From Cyanophyceae cyanobacterium (GTDB lineage Bacteria > Cyanobacteriota > Cyanobacteriia > Cyanobacteriales > Laspinemataceae): DNA of 64,000 nucleotides. Where the stretch lies: NCBI GenBank assembly GCA_038321985.1, contig JBBQFN010000028.1, positions 1-64,000 on the forward strand. The letters run 5' to 3'. Numbering within the stretch: the stretch's first letter is position 1; each line of letters begins with the position of its first letter. The translations under genes were made by a program, and so were the position numbers. Shown here in pieces: positions 10,965-21,308 of the stretch. The notes beneath the pieces are model-generated. The model saw nothing but the letters and a program-made list of their open reading frames with translations. It was not told the DNA's origin and searched no databases.

Positions 10965-11423
10965 TCAAAGACTTTTAACGTATTGCAACAAATCCGCCAT
11001 GTCTTGCGGGTTGGGTTGAAATTGGGGCATGGGTGGGGTTTTGCCCCCCGTCACCTGATTGATAATGCCGACAGGAGATTTACGTTGAGAAACCCCAGTT
11101 AAGCTGGGTCCTACTTGCCACCCATTCTGGATACCATGACATCCAGCACAGTTCATTTGGAAGATAGCATGACCCCGAACGGAGTCTCCATCTAGGGTTA
11201 AAACGTTTTTGACATAGGGATCGGAGACTTGCAGTTGAAGGGCCAGAATAATCCCCAGGGCGATACCCACCAGAATAAATACAATGACTGAGCTTCGCGC
11301 ACCAAAGGCGATCGCCCCGCTTTCAGTGGGACAAGGTTCTACTGCTTTAGGTTTAGCGATATCGTTAGTCAAGGGTAGGGTAGTGTTCGGGGGATGTACA
11401 AATATTGTATTATTTTCTAACAT
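10965..11423 (-). CDS. cytM: Cytochrome cM
   Basis: TM anchor, CAGCHG heme motif, GPSL, GKTPPMPQFQP..QDMADLL; divergent from petG. Confidence 0.88.
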   Translation of the reverse strand: MLENNTIFVHPPNTTLPLTNDIAKPKAVEPCPTESGAIAFGARSSVIVFILVGIALGIILALQLQVSDPYVKNVLTLDGDSVRGHAIFQMNCAGCHGIQNGWQVGPSLTGVSQRKSPVGIINQVTGGKTPPMPQFQPNPQDMADLLQYVKSL

Positions 11424-11627
11424 ATCTTAAAATTTCCGATCAGAAGGGGCATTGTACCGCGATTCTGGCTGAACCTGGGGCGCTCAGTGCCGATGGCATC
11501 ATCCGAGTTATCTACTCATCGGGACAACCAGACGCTTCCTTTCGAGTAGACTGCCGTTAGATGAGAGAATTGTAAGAAACCTTTACAGATTAAAATATAA
11601 CCCTAGTTGCAAAGGAGATTCATCGAC

Positions 11628-11741
11628 GTGGTTGAACCGTTACTGTCTGGCATTGTGTTGGGTTTGGTTGTGGTAACTCTAGCTGGTTTGTTTTTCGCCG
11701 CTTACCAGCAGTACAAGCGCGGGAGCGATTTGGGTTTGTAA
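11628..11741 (+). CDS. petG: Cytochrome b6f subunit V (not in the ORF track)
   Basis: GTG start after AAAGGAG; translates [37 protein letters not shown]. Confidence 0.97.
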   Translation: MVEPLLSGIVLGLVVVTLAGLFFAAYQQYKRGSDLGL

Positions 11742-11818
11742 ACCGATCGCTCATTCCTGAGTAAGACAATAGCGATCGCCGCTTTCGGGTCCTGAACTCA
11801 GGAGAGGCGATCGCTATT

Positions 11819-12382
11819 TTAATGGGAGGACTCATCAGCAAGGGATAACCCGATGAATGTGACAGTCGTATTGCTGTAACGCCGTTCTCGGATGATTTCC
11901 AGGGTGGGAATGGGTTCGATGAGGAGGCGATCGCGACGGTGTTCTACGGCTATTTCCCCATCCGCTGTCAAAAGTTGATAATGGGCGATCGCCGCCAACA
12001 CCGGTTGATAGAGACTGCTAGCATAAGGCGGATCAAAATACATCCGGTCAAATTGGCGACCCTGCAAAGATTTTAACCGCGCCATCACATCCCCGCGCAG
12101 AATTTCCACCGATTGATCCGCTTGCTTCACCCGTTGCAAATTTTCACGAATAATCGCTAATGCACGAGGGGACTGTTCCATAGCCACCACTTCCACTGCA
12201 CCCCGACATAATGCCTCTGCACTCATTGTCCCGGCACCGGCACACAAATCTAACCAGCGACATCCAGCAATACTCCCTTGCCAAACATTAAATACCGCTT
12301 CCCGCACCCGTGCCGCAGTCGGTCGAGTTTGTTCACCGGATAAAGTTTTCAGTAACCGATTACCATAAATTCTAAGGCTCAT
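11819..12382 (-). CDS. rsmD: 16S rRNA m2G966 methyltransferase RsmD
   Basis: MSLRIYG..TRPT..RVREAVFN, LDLCAGAG, FDPPY. Start moved to 12382. Confidence 0.92.
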   Translation of the reverse strand: MSLRIYGNRLLKTLSGEQTRPTAARVREAVFNVWQGSIAGCRWLDLCAGAGTMSAEALCRGAVEVVAMEQSPRALAIIRENLQRVKQADQSVEILRGDVMARLKSLQGRQFDRMYFDPPYASSLYQPVLAAIAHYQLLTADGEIAVEHRRDRLLIEPIPTLEIIRERRYSNTTVTFIGLSLADESSH

Positions 12383-12859
12383 AATAGTTAGGATAGTCGA
12401 TTCAGGTCTTAACCCGAATATGTGGAGGAAAAAGAATGAGAAAAATTTCACCGAACCCCACAGGAGAACCCCTGATGATAACCCAGGAATTAGGCTCCGC
12501 AGAGGGTATCCCACCCCTTATTTTACCCAATATTCCTTGGCAAACCTCCGAAGCAGTCTGAAAAGATGGTCCCAACTCCAAGTGAACTCCCTAAAGAGAA
12601 AATAGAGACCTTTTCTTAAGGGTAAAAAATTACTGTCAACGGTACCAATCAAGGCCGTAATTTCCAAAACTATTTTTAAGGGGGAGTAGGCGATCTCCTC
12701 TCTAACTGAAGTTTTCTGATTATCTTTCATGTGGGTTTTCTCCCAAGGGTTCAAAAAATAATAGTTTAAGGTTGGATTATCAATGTTATCCCGAAATATT
12801 GGTATTTTTTCAGTGAATCTTTTAAAATTGATAAAAATACTCGTGCAGGAACTCAACCC

Positions 12860-14242
12860 ATGAAAATTCCTAGTTCAGGGACCCCCCGGTTGTTGCAAAA
12901 GTTACAGTGGGTGATGAATCCAGTGGAATATATGGAAAGTCATGCTCGACATTATCCCGACCTCTTTCAAGCCGAAGTTCTCGGTTTTGGGGCTACCCTT
13001 GTCTTCGTCTCTCATCCCCAAGCGATTCAATACATTTTAACCCATGAAAACAAGCAATTGAGCGTCCCTGGAAAGGTGAATGAAATTGTAGAACCTTTGC
13101 TAGGAGAGTATTCGGTTATTATGTTAGAGGGCGATTGCCACCGTCGTCAGAGACAATTATTGATGCCTCCTTTTCATGGCGATCTCATGAAGTCTTACGG
13201 CGAAATGATTCGCGAAATTGCTGAAACTGTCATGAGCCAAGTCCCCAAATCACAGCCTTTTCTCGCTCGTTCTGTGATGTCTCAAATTTCGTTACAAGTG
13301 ATGCTAAGAACAGTTTTGGGGCTAGATATTACCGGAGAAAATTATCATCAATTAAAACATTTGCTAACTTCCATGTTAGATGTTTTTAATACTCCGGCTG
13401 CTTCGAGTTTACTATTTTTTAAACAATTGCAAGTAGATTTAGGCCGATGGAGTCCTTGGGGATATTTTTTGAGGATTCGAGAAAAAATTGATAAATTACT
13501 CTATGCAGAAATTGCGAATCGCCGTCAACAAGACTTGAGCGATCGCCTCGATATCCTGTCTCTGCTAATGTTGGCGCGGGATGCAGAGGGCGAAGCGATG
13601 ACCGATAAAGAATTACGGGATGAATTGCTGACCTTACTGTTTGCGGGGTACGAAACAACTGCCAGTGCGATGTCCTGGGCTTTATATTGGGTTCATGCGC
13701 TTCCAGAGGTTAAAAATCGTCTTCAGGAAGAAATTGCCAGTCTCGGGGATAATCCCGCACCGATGGATATTTTTGGTCTTCCTTATTTGACAGCAGTCAC
13801 TAATGAAGTTCTGCGACTTTATCCCGTGGCCATGTTAACCTTTCCTCGGCGAGTAGAAGAACCAATGGACTTATTAGGATACTCCCTCGAAGTCGGAACC
13901 CATTTAGTTGGTTCTATTTATCTACTCCATCATCGAGAAGATTTATATCCTGATTCCTATCACTTTAAGCCACAACGGTTCCTAGAACGGCAATTTTCTC
14001 CCTACGAATTTATGCCTTTTGGTGGGGGTAAACGTCGCTGCATTGGAGCAGCATTAGCGGCTTATGAAATGAAGCTGGTTTTAGCAACTGTCTTATCAGG
14101 CTATGATTTAAAATTAGCAGAAAAAGGTCCCGTCAAACCCCAGCGCCGAGGTATTACTTTATCACCGACTGGGGGAATTAAAATGATGAAGGTTGGCGAT
14201 CTCACCCGAACTCAGACACCCCAGTTAACCTCTGTCCGCTAG
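12860..14242 (+). CDS. Cytochrome P450 (CYP110-like)
   Basis: AGYETTA, EVLR, PFGGGKRRCIG heme-Cys motif. Confidence 0.95.
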   Translation: MKIPSSGTPRLLQKLQWVMNPVEYMESHARHYPDLFQAEVLGFGATLVFVSHPQAIQYILTHENKQLSVPGKVNEIVEPLLGEYSVIMLEGDCHRRQRQLLMPPFHGDLMKSYGEMIREIAETVMSQVPKSQPFLARSVMSQISLQVMLRTVLGLDITGENYHQLKHLLTSMLDVFNTPAASSLLFFKQLQVDLGRWSPWGYFLRIREKIDKLLYAEIANRRQQDLSDRLDILSLLMLARDAEGEAMTDKELRDELLTLLFAGYETTASAMSWALYWVHALPEVKNRLQEEIASLGDNPAPMDIFGLPYLTAVTNEVLRLYPVAMLTFPRRVEEPMDLLGYSLEVGTHLVGSIYLLHHREDLYPDSYHFKPQRFLERQFSPYEFMPFGGGKRRCIGAALAAYEMKLVLATVLSGYDLKLAEKGPVKPQRRGITLSPTGGIKMMKVGDLTRTQTPQLTSVR

Positions 14243-14525
14243 AAAAAGTCTAACGCACTGGACTTTTGACCCATCGGAAAAAAGGAGGGGGATGGAAACT
14301 TTATTTCCCCTTCCTCTGCCTCCGGTATAGACTGATATTCAGCCATTTTCCCGGGAAAAATAGGGGGATTAAAAATCAGTGAAACCTCAACAGCAGGCGA
14401 TCGCCTCGATATGACGCAATACTCAAGCTAAAAAATTCTGATAGGCATTGTAAAATCATCCTGATGCCAGTTTAAAAAAATGCTCTATACTATACCTTTA
14501 ATTATAGACTTCAAGGAGACTCATC

Positions 14526-15656
14526 ATGGACTTATTTAATAAAGTTATCCCCGAGGGATTTTTGGACTTCTTACCCGGTGTCGGCAACGATGACCAAGAG
14601 GAAACGGACGCAGCGCGAGATATTGCTATTAAAGCAGCTAAATTTATCACCCTAGGACCGACAGGCTTTGTCCTGAGTTCTGTGTTTTCCCGCCTGATTG
14701 GAAACGTTGATGTGAATCAAGTGGGTTCGCAACTTCTAAACCAGGTTAATCAATTGATTGAGTCGAATCAAACGGCAGTTAACTCAACTCAGTTCCTCAA
14801 CTCTGCGATTGGAGAAATTCGTAATTATGTTAACAGCAATGAAATTACCCAGCGGTTTTCTTTAACTAAAATTAGTGATTTTGTCAACACTAATTTGATT
14901 GAAAATAGCACAGTCCGACAAGGTTTTTCTGATCTGATTAATCGAGCGGCTCAAGGCGGTCAATTAGGGCGGTTTGTTGATGCAGATTCAGCCAGTAACT
15001 TAATTGAAATGGCTTTAGAGGATATTAATTGGCCGGGAGGATTACGCGCACTTGAAGGGGATGATCGCATTATCGGCACTGCCAGTTCCGACGTCGCTAA
15101 TGGCAACCAGGGAAATGATTCGCTCATTGGGGGAGAAGGGGATGATTTTCTCCGGGGTGGCAGAGATAATGATTTGCTCGATGGAGGCCTCGGCAATGAT
15201 ATCCTGAATGGCAATTTAGGCGATGATACAGTTCGGGGTGGTGCCGGGGATGACTTAATTCGCGGGGGCCAAGGAAATGATGTTTTATATGGCGATGAAG
15301 GCCGAGATATTCTGACTGGAGATATGGGGTCAGATTTTCTCTATGGCGGTGCTGATGCAGATGATTTTATCTTACGAGGGGATGTTGCTGGGACCGATAC
15401 CGCCACTGCCGATCGCATTTTAGATTTTAATGCCGCCCAAGGAGATCGGATTAAATTAGTCAATGTGGCTGATCTCTCTAACATTATCCTGGGGGCGGTT
15501 GATATTAATACCGACGGGATTGGAGATACGGCCCTAATTGATTCTAATAACCGCGTATTGGGTGTCGTGATGAATGTCAATGTTTCCGAGTTCAACTTAC
15601 TCGATTATACCCAGGTGGTGAGTGCCGAAGATTTAGGGATTGATTTACTGGGATAG
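14526..15656 (+). CDS. Calcium-binding RTX/hemolysin-type repeat protein
   Basis: Tandem GGxGxD nonapeptides and a C-terminal DRILDFNAAQGDRI motif. Confidence 0.88.
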   Translation: MDLFNKVIPEGFLDFLPGVGNDDQEETDAARDIAIKAAKFITLGPTGFVLSSVFSRLIGNVDVNQVGSQLLNQVNQLIESNQTAVNSTQFLNSAIGEIRNYVNSNEITQRFSLTKISDFVNTNLIENSTVRQGFSDLINRAAQGGQLGRFVDADSASNLIEMALEDINWPGGLRALEGDDRIIGTASSDVANGNQGNDSLIGGEGDDFLRGGRDNDLLDGGLGNDILNGNLGDDTVRGGAGDDLIRGGQGNDVLYGDEGRDILTGDMGSDFLYGGADADDFILRGDVAGTDTATADRILDFNAAQGDRIKLVNVADLSNIILGAVDINTDGIGDTALIDSNNRVLGVVMNVNVSEFNLLDYTQVVSAEDLGIDLLG

Positions 15657-15885
15657 ACGATAGCAAGTCTGAATGAATTAACCCTTTTTTTTTGAGCAGT
15701 AGGAAACATCTTCCTCCCTACTGCTCAGGGGAAGATGCTCCACCGGATTAATTTTAGGGTTAGGATGCATTGAGACAAGGCGATAGAACAGGGCGATCGC
15801 TCCTGCAATTTGTTCTATAATTTCCTTAAGTTTTCTTGATGATTCAATTCAAAAACCTTGAAGGCGACTGCCAATTTTATAAATC

Positions 15886-16875
15886 ATGGTTCTCATCCGC
15901 ATTCTCAAATCCTGGGAAATTCCCGAACACCAAGCTACTCCAGAAACAGCCTTTTTATCCCGGCGTCGCTTTTTGAAGACCGCCATCGCTGCTGGTGTCG
16001 GGACTGCAATTCTGCCGATGGGAGGTTGTAAAAGTGAATCGAATGATGATTCCGTAGGGGAACTGATTCAAAATACCACTCCCTTAGCCAATATCCCCCG
16101 CAACCCCAATTTTGTAGAAGGCGATCGCCCCCTCACGGAACAAGCATTTGCTTCTCGCTACAATAACTTTTATGAATTTGGCGGAACAAAATCCATTTGG
16201 AAATCAGCCCAAAGTTTGCCCACAGAAAACTGGAAAGTAGAAGTTAGTGGATTAATCAAAAAACCCCGTATTTATGATATTGCTGAAATTCAGCGACAGT
16301 TTCCCCTAGAAGAACGCATCTATCGCTTCCGATGTGTAGAAGCCTGGGCAATGGTTGTTCCCTGGATTGGATTTCCTATGAAACGCCTGATCGAAGCCGT
16401 AGAACCGACCAGTGCCGCTAAATTTGTCAGATTTACCTCATTTTATGATCCAGAAATTACGCCAGGACCGGGGTTTCATTTAGGAACGTTACCTTGGCCT
16501 TACACGGAAAGTTTACGAATAGAGGAAATGGCAAACGAATTAGCCTTTTTTGCTACGGGAATTTACGGTCGAACCCTTCCCAAACAACATGGGGCACCCC
16601 TGCGTATGATAATCCCGTGGAAATACGGGTTTAAGGGAGCTAAATCTATTGTTAAAATTGAATTTCTAGCAGAACAACCGGCAACTTATTGGAATACTTT
16701 GGTGCCAAGCGAGTACGATTTAGAGGCGAATGTCAATCCGAATAAGCCTCATCCGCGCTGGTCTCAAGCAACTGAACGGCTCGTTAGCACGGGACCGGCT
16801 TTATCGTGGAAACGTCAGCCCACCCTTCCCTATAACGGTTATGGGGAATGGGTTAGCGACTTGTACTCTACTTAA
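15886..16875 (+). CDS. msrP: Protein-methionine-sulfoxide reductase catalytic subunit MsrP
   Basis: Tat motif SRRRFLK, YNNFYEF, YRFRCVEAW, GAPLR..PWKYGFKGAKSI, HPRWSQA. Confidence 0.93.
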   Translation: MVLIRILKSWEIPEHQATPETAFLSRRRFLKTAIAAGVGTAILPMGGCKSESNDDSVGELIQNTTPLANIPRNPNFVEGDRPLTEQAFASRYNNFYEFGGTKSIWKSAQSLPTENWKVEVSGLIKKPRIYDIAEIQRQFPLEERIYRFRCVEAWAMVVPWIGFPMKRLIEAVEPTSAAKFVRFTSFYDPEITPGPGFHLGTLPWPYTESLRIEEMANELAFFATGIYGRTLPKQHGAPLRMIIPWKYGFKGAKSIVKIEFLAEQPATYWNTLVPSEYDLEANVNPNKPHPRWSQATERLVSTGPALSWKRQPTLPYNGYGEWVSDLYST

Positions 16876-17241
16876 AAAGGCCCCTTTAATTGGGGGGAGG
16901 CGGAGGGTTTTACCGCTAGAGTGCATTACCTTTTTGAGTGGATACTGCGTCATGTCTTGCCGCCTGTTGATGGCGATCGCAAACTAGCCCAGTTCTCTAA
17001 AAAAAAGATAAATATAGCTGGCGCGTGGGAACGGAATTGATCACGGATTAGACCACTTAATCAGGGTTAAATGAAACAGTCTGGTAACATTCCCAGAGTT
17101 GGGTAAAAAAATCCGCCTACTCCTAGGGATTTAGGGATGCATCTGCACTGTACAACCGAAGAAATAGTATTTGTACTCGTCCCAGTCTCCGGAATTGGAG
17201 GTAATCTGGGTGGTGCATATTGAATTGGGAGTCAATTTGTT

Positions 17242-17493
17242 ATGAGTAACCATCAGCACGAAGACCGGGGGGCAGCAGAGAAAGCATTCTTAGATTCGCT
17301 GAATGCATTGCAGGAGCGTTTGCAATTGGTTGAGGACCAGAAGGCGGCATCCGCCCTCGAAGCTGAACGGCAAGCGATCCAAACTGCAAAAGAAGAGAAA
17401 AAGGCGACTTTTACCCTTCATGATCTGGAAGAGGCGGTGGCGGATATTGATGAATTTTTTAAAGCATTGCATAAACCCGAGGCTGAACTTTGA
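17242..17493 (+). CDS. Small hypothetical helical protein
   Basis: 83-aa ORF with ATG start, upstream GGGAG and an amphipathic LEEAVADIDEFF helix. Confidence 0.65.
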   Translation: MSNHQHEDRGAAEKAFLDSLNALQERLQLVEDQKAASALEAERQAIQTAKEEKKATFTLHDLEEAVADIDEFFKALHKPEAEL

Positions 17494-17523
17494 GGAATTG
17501 AGTTGAGCTTGGGAAGCATTTTT

Positions 17524-18306
17524 CTAAGGGCTTTTTTGCCGGAGGGCTTCATACAAAATGAGGGCGGCAGCGATCGCCACATTTAAGGATTCGACCCCAG
17601 ACTGGAGGGGGATGCGGACTCGATAGTTGGCGGTGGAAAGTAAGTCTTCAGATAATCCCGCGCCTTCATTTCCGAGTAAAACTAAGGTCGGCTGATGGTA
17701 ATCAATTTCCCAGTAAGTTAGGGGTGCATCGGCATCGGTTGAAATTACCTGCACCCCTTGTTGTTGAGCGCGTACTACATCAGTTTTCAAATCAGCACTG
17801 ACGGAAACAGGCAAGCGAAACCACTGTCCGGCCGAGGCACGTAAAACTTTTGGAGAATCGGCATCGACACTATCGCGACTTAACCAGATCCCTTGAGTCC
17901 CGGTTGCGGCAGCAGTTCTAATCAGAGTGCCGAGATTGCCGGGGTCTTGGAGCGTTTCTAATGCCAGTGTCAAACCGGACAGAGGAAGCGAAGGGATGGG
18001 GGACTCCCGCCGTTTGGCGACTGCCACAACTCCATCGGGTTGTACCGTGGTGGCAACTGCCTTGAGAACTGCTTCGTTGACGAGTTCAGTCCGGGGCGAT
18101 CGCGCTATCACCTTTTGGGATAATTCCGGATGGCGTTCTTGCCATTCTGGTGTACAACAGACCACCTCCAGGGGATAATCCACGCTACAGGCCTCCTCTA
18201 TCAGGTGCGTCCCTTCCACCAGAAACATCTGTTGGCGATCGCGCTCCTTTGCCCCATGCAACTTCCGCATCTGCTTGACCAGAGGATTCTGAAGGCTCGT
18301 CAACAT
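17524..18306 (-). CDS. TrmH/SpoU-family RNA 2'-O-methyltransferase
   Basis: LQDPGNLGTLIRTA, GNEGAGL, ESLNVA. Start MLTSLQN at 18306, since the longer frame runs into the tRNA. Confidence 0.92.
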   Translation of the reverse strand: MLTSLQNPLVKQMRKLHGAKERDRQQMFLVEGTHLIEEACSVDYPLEVVCCTPEWQERHPELSQKVIARSPRTELVNEAVLKAVATTVQPDGVVAVAKRRESPIPSLPLSGLTLALETLQDPGNLGTLIRTAAATGTQGIWLSRDSVDADSPKVLRASAGQWFRLPVSVSADLKTDVVRAQQQGVQVISTDADAPLTYWEIDYHQPTLVLLGNEGAGLSEDLLSTANYRVRIPLQSGVESLNVAIAAALILYEALRQKSP

Positions 18307-18328
18307 GGAGGTATTAAGGGGGTGTAGA

Positions 18329-18412
18329 TGCGGAACCCGGGACTTGAACCCGGAAGTCCTTGCGGACACTAGAACCTGAATCTAGCGCGTCTACCAATTC
18401 CGCCAGTTCCGC
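18329..18412 (-). tRNA. tRNA-Leu(CAG)
   Basis: GCGGAACTGGCGGAATTGGTAGACGCGCTAGATTCAGGTTCTAG...GGGTTCAAGTCCCGGGTTCCGCA; long variable arm, anticodon CAG. Confidence 0.96.
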
Positions 18413-18747
18413 GAAAACGCAGTTTTGCACTGCGATTTATCATAGTGCCTCAATCCCTCATGGATGTCAAGGGGTCAACCGAAAAAAAAAATTCCCCAAT
18501 TAGGGCATCTACCTACTACACTTTTGAGGAATGTCCAGATTCAGGTACACCTGTAGACTAAGCTGAAATGCTTCCTTGGAAATGATGCAAACACTGAGGA
18601 ACTCCTCGCCGTGAAATCCTCATCCCTAGGGAGACATCACAACTTTAAAGCCACCGGAATTGATTTTTTTTAGGCAGAAATCTGGACATCTAAAATATTT
18701 CCGGTAGAATCAAAACGAAATCGAAAGGTGTACCACATCCACTGATT

Positions 18748-20139
18748 TTGGAGGATAGACCTATTACTGCCTCTCTCGGTTCGCTCAACATCACCAATTC
18801 TTCCGAAGCTGACCCCTCGGTCCTGCACATTTGGGGAGGCCATCCCCTGCAAGGACAAGTCAAAATTAGCGGGGCAAAAAATGCCGCTTTAGTCATCATG
18901 GCGGGTTCCCTACTCTGTCCGGAACCCTGTCGGTTGCGGAACGTTCCATCCCTGGTAGACGCGATCCGTATGGGTCAAGTGCTTTCGGCCCTTGGAGTGG
19001 ATCTGCAATGGAACGGCGATATCTTGGATATCAACGCTCGGGATATCACTACATCAGAAGCCCCCTACGAATTAGTCAGCCAACTGCGGGCAAGTTTCTT
19101 TGCCATTGGACCTATACTGGCGCGATTGGGAGAAGCCCATATTCCCCTTCCAGGAGGCTGTGCGATCGGGGCTAGACCCGTTGATATCCACGTTCGCGGA
19201 CTACAGGCGCTAGGTGCCAATGTTTACATCGAGCATGGCATGGTTCATGCTTCGGTTCCGGGACGCGATCGCCGCTTAAAAGGCGCTAAATTTTATCTCG
19301 ACTATCCCAGCGTCGGTGCCACTGAAACCCTGATGATGGCGGCTACCCTCGCTGACGGAGAAACGATCCTCGATAATGTGGCCCAAGAGCCAGAAGTCAT
19401 TGATTTGGCGAATTTCTGTAATGCTTTAGGCGCAAAAATTCGAGGTGCGGGCACCAAAACCATTGTGATTGAAGGGGTTCCCCGGCTGCATACGGCTGAC
19501 TATCCCATCATTCCCGATCGCATTGAAGCTGGGACTTTCTTAGTCGCAGGGGCCATTTCTCGCTCGGATATCAGTATTTATCCGGTCATCAGTGATCATT
19601 TGACTCCAGTCATTTCTAAGCTGCGGCAAACTGGCGCTCAAATCATCGCGGAAGGCCCCGATCGCTTGCGGGTGATTGGCCCAGATATCATTCAGGCAAC
19701 GGATATCGAAACCTTGCCCTATCCGGGGTTCCCCACGGATATGCAGGCTCAATTTATGGCCTTGCTGACGGTAAGTAATGGCGATAGCTTGATTAGCGAA
19801 ACGGTCTTTGAAAATCGCCTGCGCCATGTAGCTGAGTTAAACCGCATGGGAGCAGATATTCGAGTTAAAGGCAATACGGCGATCGTGCGAGGTGTACCCA
19901 CCCTTACGGGTGCCCCAGTCATGGCAACAGACCTTCGGGCCTCGGCAGCATTGGCGATCGCAGCTTTAGCGGCCCAGGGTCAAACCACGATTAAAGGGTT
20001 ACAGCATCTTGATCGCGGCTACGAAAACCTCGATCTCAAACTCCAACAGCTAGGGGTTCGGATCAAGCGAGAACCGGCACCTCCTGAGAGCGAAACGAAC
20101 TCACCCACCCTCCAATCCTCTCAATCCACACTAAAATGA
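18748..20139 (+). CDS. murA: UDP-N-acetylglucosamine 1-carboxyvinyltransferase
   Basis: [35 protein letters not shown]. Confidence 0.96.
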   Translation: MEDRPITASLGSLNITNSSEADPSVLHIWGGHPLQGQVKISGAKNAALVIMAGSLLCPEPCRLRNVPSLVDAIRMGQVLSALGVDLQWNGDILDINARDITTSEAPYELVSQLRASFFAIGPILARLGEAHIPLPGGCAIGARPVDIHVRGLQALGANVYIEHGMVHASVPGRDRRLKGAKFYLDYPSVGATETLMMAATLADGETILDNVAQEPEVIDLANFCNALGAKIRGAGTKTIVIEGVPRLHTADYPIIPDRIEAGTFLVAGAISRSDISIYPVISDHLTPVISKLRQTGAQIIAEGPDRLRVIGPDIIQATDIETLPYPGFPTDMQAQFMALLTVSNGDSLISETVFENRLRHVAELNRMGADIRVKGNTAIVRGVPTLTGAPVMATDLRASAALAIAALAAQGQTTIKGLQHLDRGYENLDLKLQQLGVRIKREPAPPESETNSPTLQSSQSTLK

Positions 20140-20221
20140 AAGGGCGAGAGGTTTCCGGGATTCTTTTGCTGTGAATCGGCCTCTCCAGTCTCTTTCGTTA
20201 GACCTTAGTCCCTAAACTGGC

Positions 20222-21097
20222 ATGGCTTTCTTAAAAACACCCCTGATCGGACTCAAAGCAGATGGCTTTCGTCATCCTCTGGATCTAGAAGCAACCCATT
20301 CCCTTAAGCAACTCCCTGGACTCGACCTGATCGTGCGTCAGTTGCTGGGGTCGATTGGTGAACAATTTTTTTACCTGGATAATATTGCTTCTAGCGTTTT
20401 GGTCAGTGAGCAACAGTTGCCCGAGTTGCATCAGTTACTCAAGGAAGCCTGCCAGGTTTTGGATTTAGAGATTCCCGAGCTCTACGTTCGTCAACATCCG
20501 ATGCCGAATGCCTATACGTTTGCGATGCGGGGCAAAAAACCGTTTGTGGTGATTCACACCTCCCTAATCGAACTGCTGACACCGGAAGAAATCCAGGCTG
20601 TGATTGGACATGAGCTCGGGCATCTCAAATGTGAACATGGGGTTTATTTAACCCTGGCAAATCTGATTATGTTAGCCGCAGGACAACTTTCGACGGTGGG
20701 GGCTTTGATTGCCCAAACCCTACAAAGTCAAATTTTGCAGTGGGTCCGATGCGCTGAGTTTAGCTGCGATCGCGCCGCGTTATTAGCGACTCAAGACTCC
20801 CGGGTGGTGAGTTCGGTCCTGATGAAGCTGGCCGGAGGTTCTCCTACCTTGGCCCCAAAACTGAATTTGGATGCCTTTTTGGCTCAAGCGCGTGCTTACG
20901 ATGAGAGCAGCAACACCGAATTAGGACTGCTGCTCAAGGAAGCCCAAACCGGCCAACTCACCCATCCCCTACCCGTACTCCGGGCCAGAGAAATTGATCG
21001 CTGGGCTAGCAGCAAAGATTATGAAACTTTGTTGCAAAAAGGAAAAATGTGTTATAGTAGTGAAACCGAGAAAAAGGGCGAGTGGCGAAATTGGTAG
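20222..21097 (+). CDS. M48-family zinc metallopeptidase
   Basis: PNAY, HELGH, EFSCDRA, THP..R motifs. Confidence 0.9.
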   Translation: MAFLKTPLIGLKADGFRHPLDLEATHSLKQLPGLDLIVRQLLGSIGEQFFYLDNIASSVLVSEQQLPELHQLLKEACQVLDLEIPELYVRQHPMPNAYTFAMRGKKPFVVIHTSLIELLTPEEIQAVIGHELGHLKCEHGVYLTLANLIMLAAGQLSTVGALIAQTLQSQILQWVRCAEFSCDRAALLATQDSRVVSSVLMKLAGGSPTLAPKLNLDAFLAQARAYDESSNTELGLLLKEAQTGQLTHPLPVLRAREIDRWASSKDYETLLQKGKMCYSSETEKKGEWRNW

Positions 21098-21157
21098 ACG
21101 CACCACACTCAAAATGTGGCGGCTTCGGTCGTGCGAGTTCGACTCTCGCCTCGCCCA
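21076..21157 (+). tRNA. tRNA-Leu(CAA)
   Basis: GGGCGAGTGGCGAAATTGGTAGACGCACCACACTCAAAATGTGG...GAGTTCGACTCTCGCCTCGCCCA; anticodon CAA. Confidence 0.96.
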
Positions 21158-21177
21158 CTCTCTAAAATCGGAAGAAT

Positions 21178-21221
21178 AAAAACAGGGGTTTTCAGTCAAA
21201 GGCTGAGAACCCCTGTTTTTT
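21178..21221 (+). terminator. Intrinsic terminator after tRNA-Leu(CAA)
   Basis: AAAAACAGGGGTTTTCAGTC-AAA-GGCTGAGAACCCCTGTTTTTT hairpin with T tract. Confidence 0.85.
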
Positions 21222-21231
21222 GATAACGGAC

Positions 21232-21301
21232 TTGACAAGTCCCTGGGAGGTCGCGCTAATATAGAAGAAGTGACCTGAATCAATCTTGGACCCAAAAGGA
21301 G
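21232..21301 (+). promoter_or_regulatory. Putative sigma70-type promoter and RBS of the 21309 ORF
   Basis: TTGACA 21232-21237, TAATAT 21257-21262 (19-nt spacer, longer than canonical), AAGGAG 21296-21301. Confidence 0.5.
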
Positions 21302-21308
21302 CGAGAAA

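Noticed and set aside
11571..11587. Possible NtcA site upstream of petG (TGTAAGAAACCTTTACA)
   Set aside because: Spacing is GTA-N9-TAC, not the canonical N8.
12420..12856. Short ORFs 12420-12605 (+) and 12518-12856 (-)
   Set aside because: No recognisable motifs; this is an AT-rich divergent promoter region between rsmD and the P450 gene.
18329..21157. tRNA genes as prophage or island integration sites
   Set aside because: No integrase and no duplicated tRNA 3' end seen in the window; the flanking genes are core.
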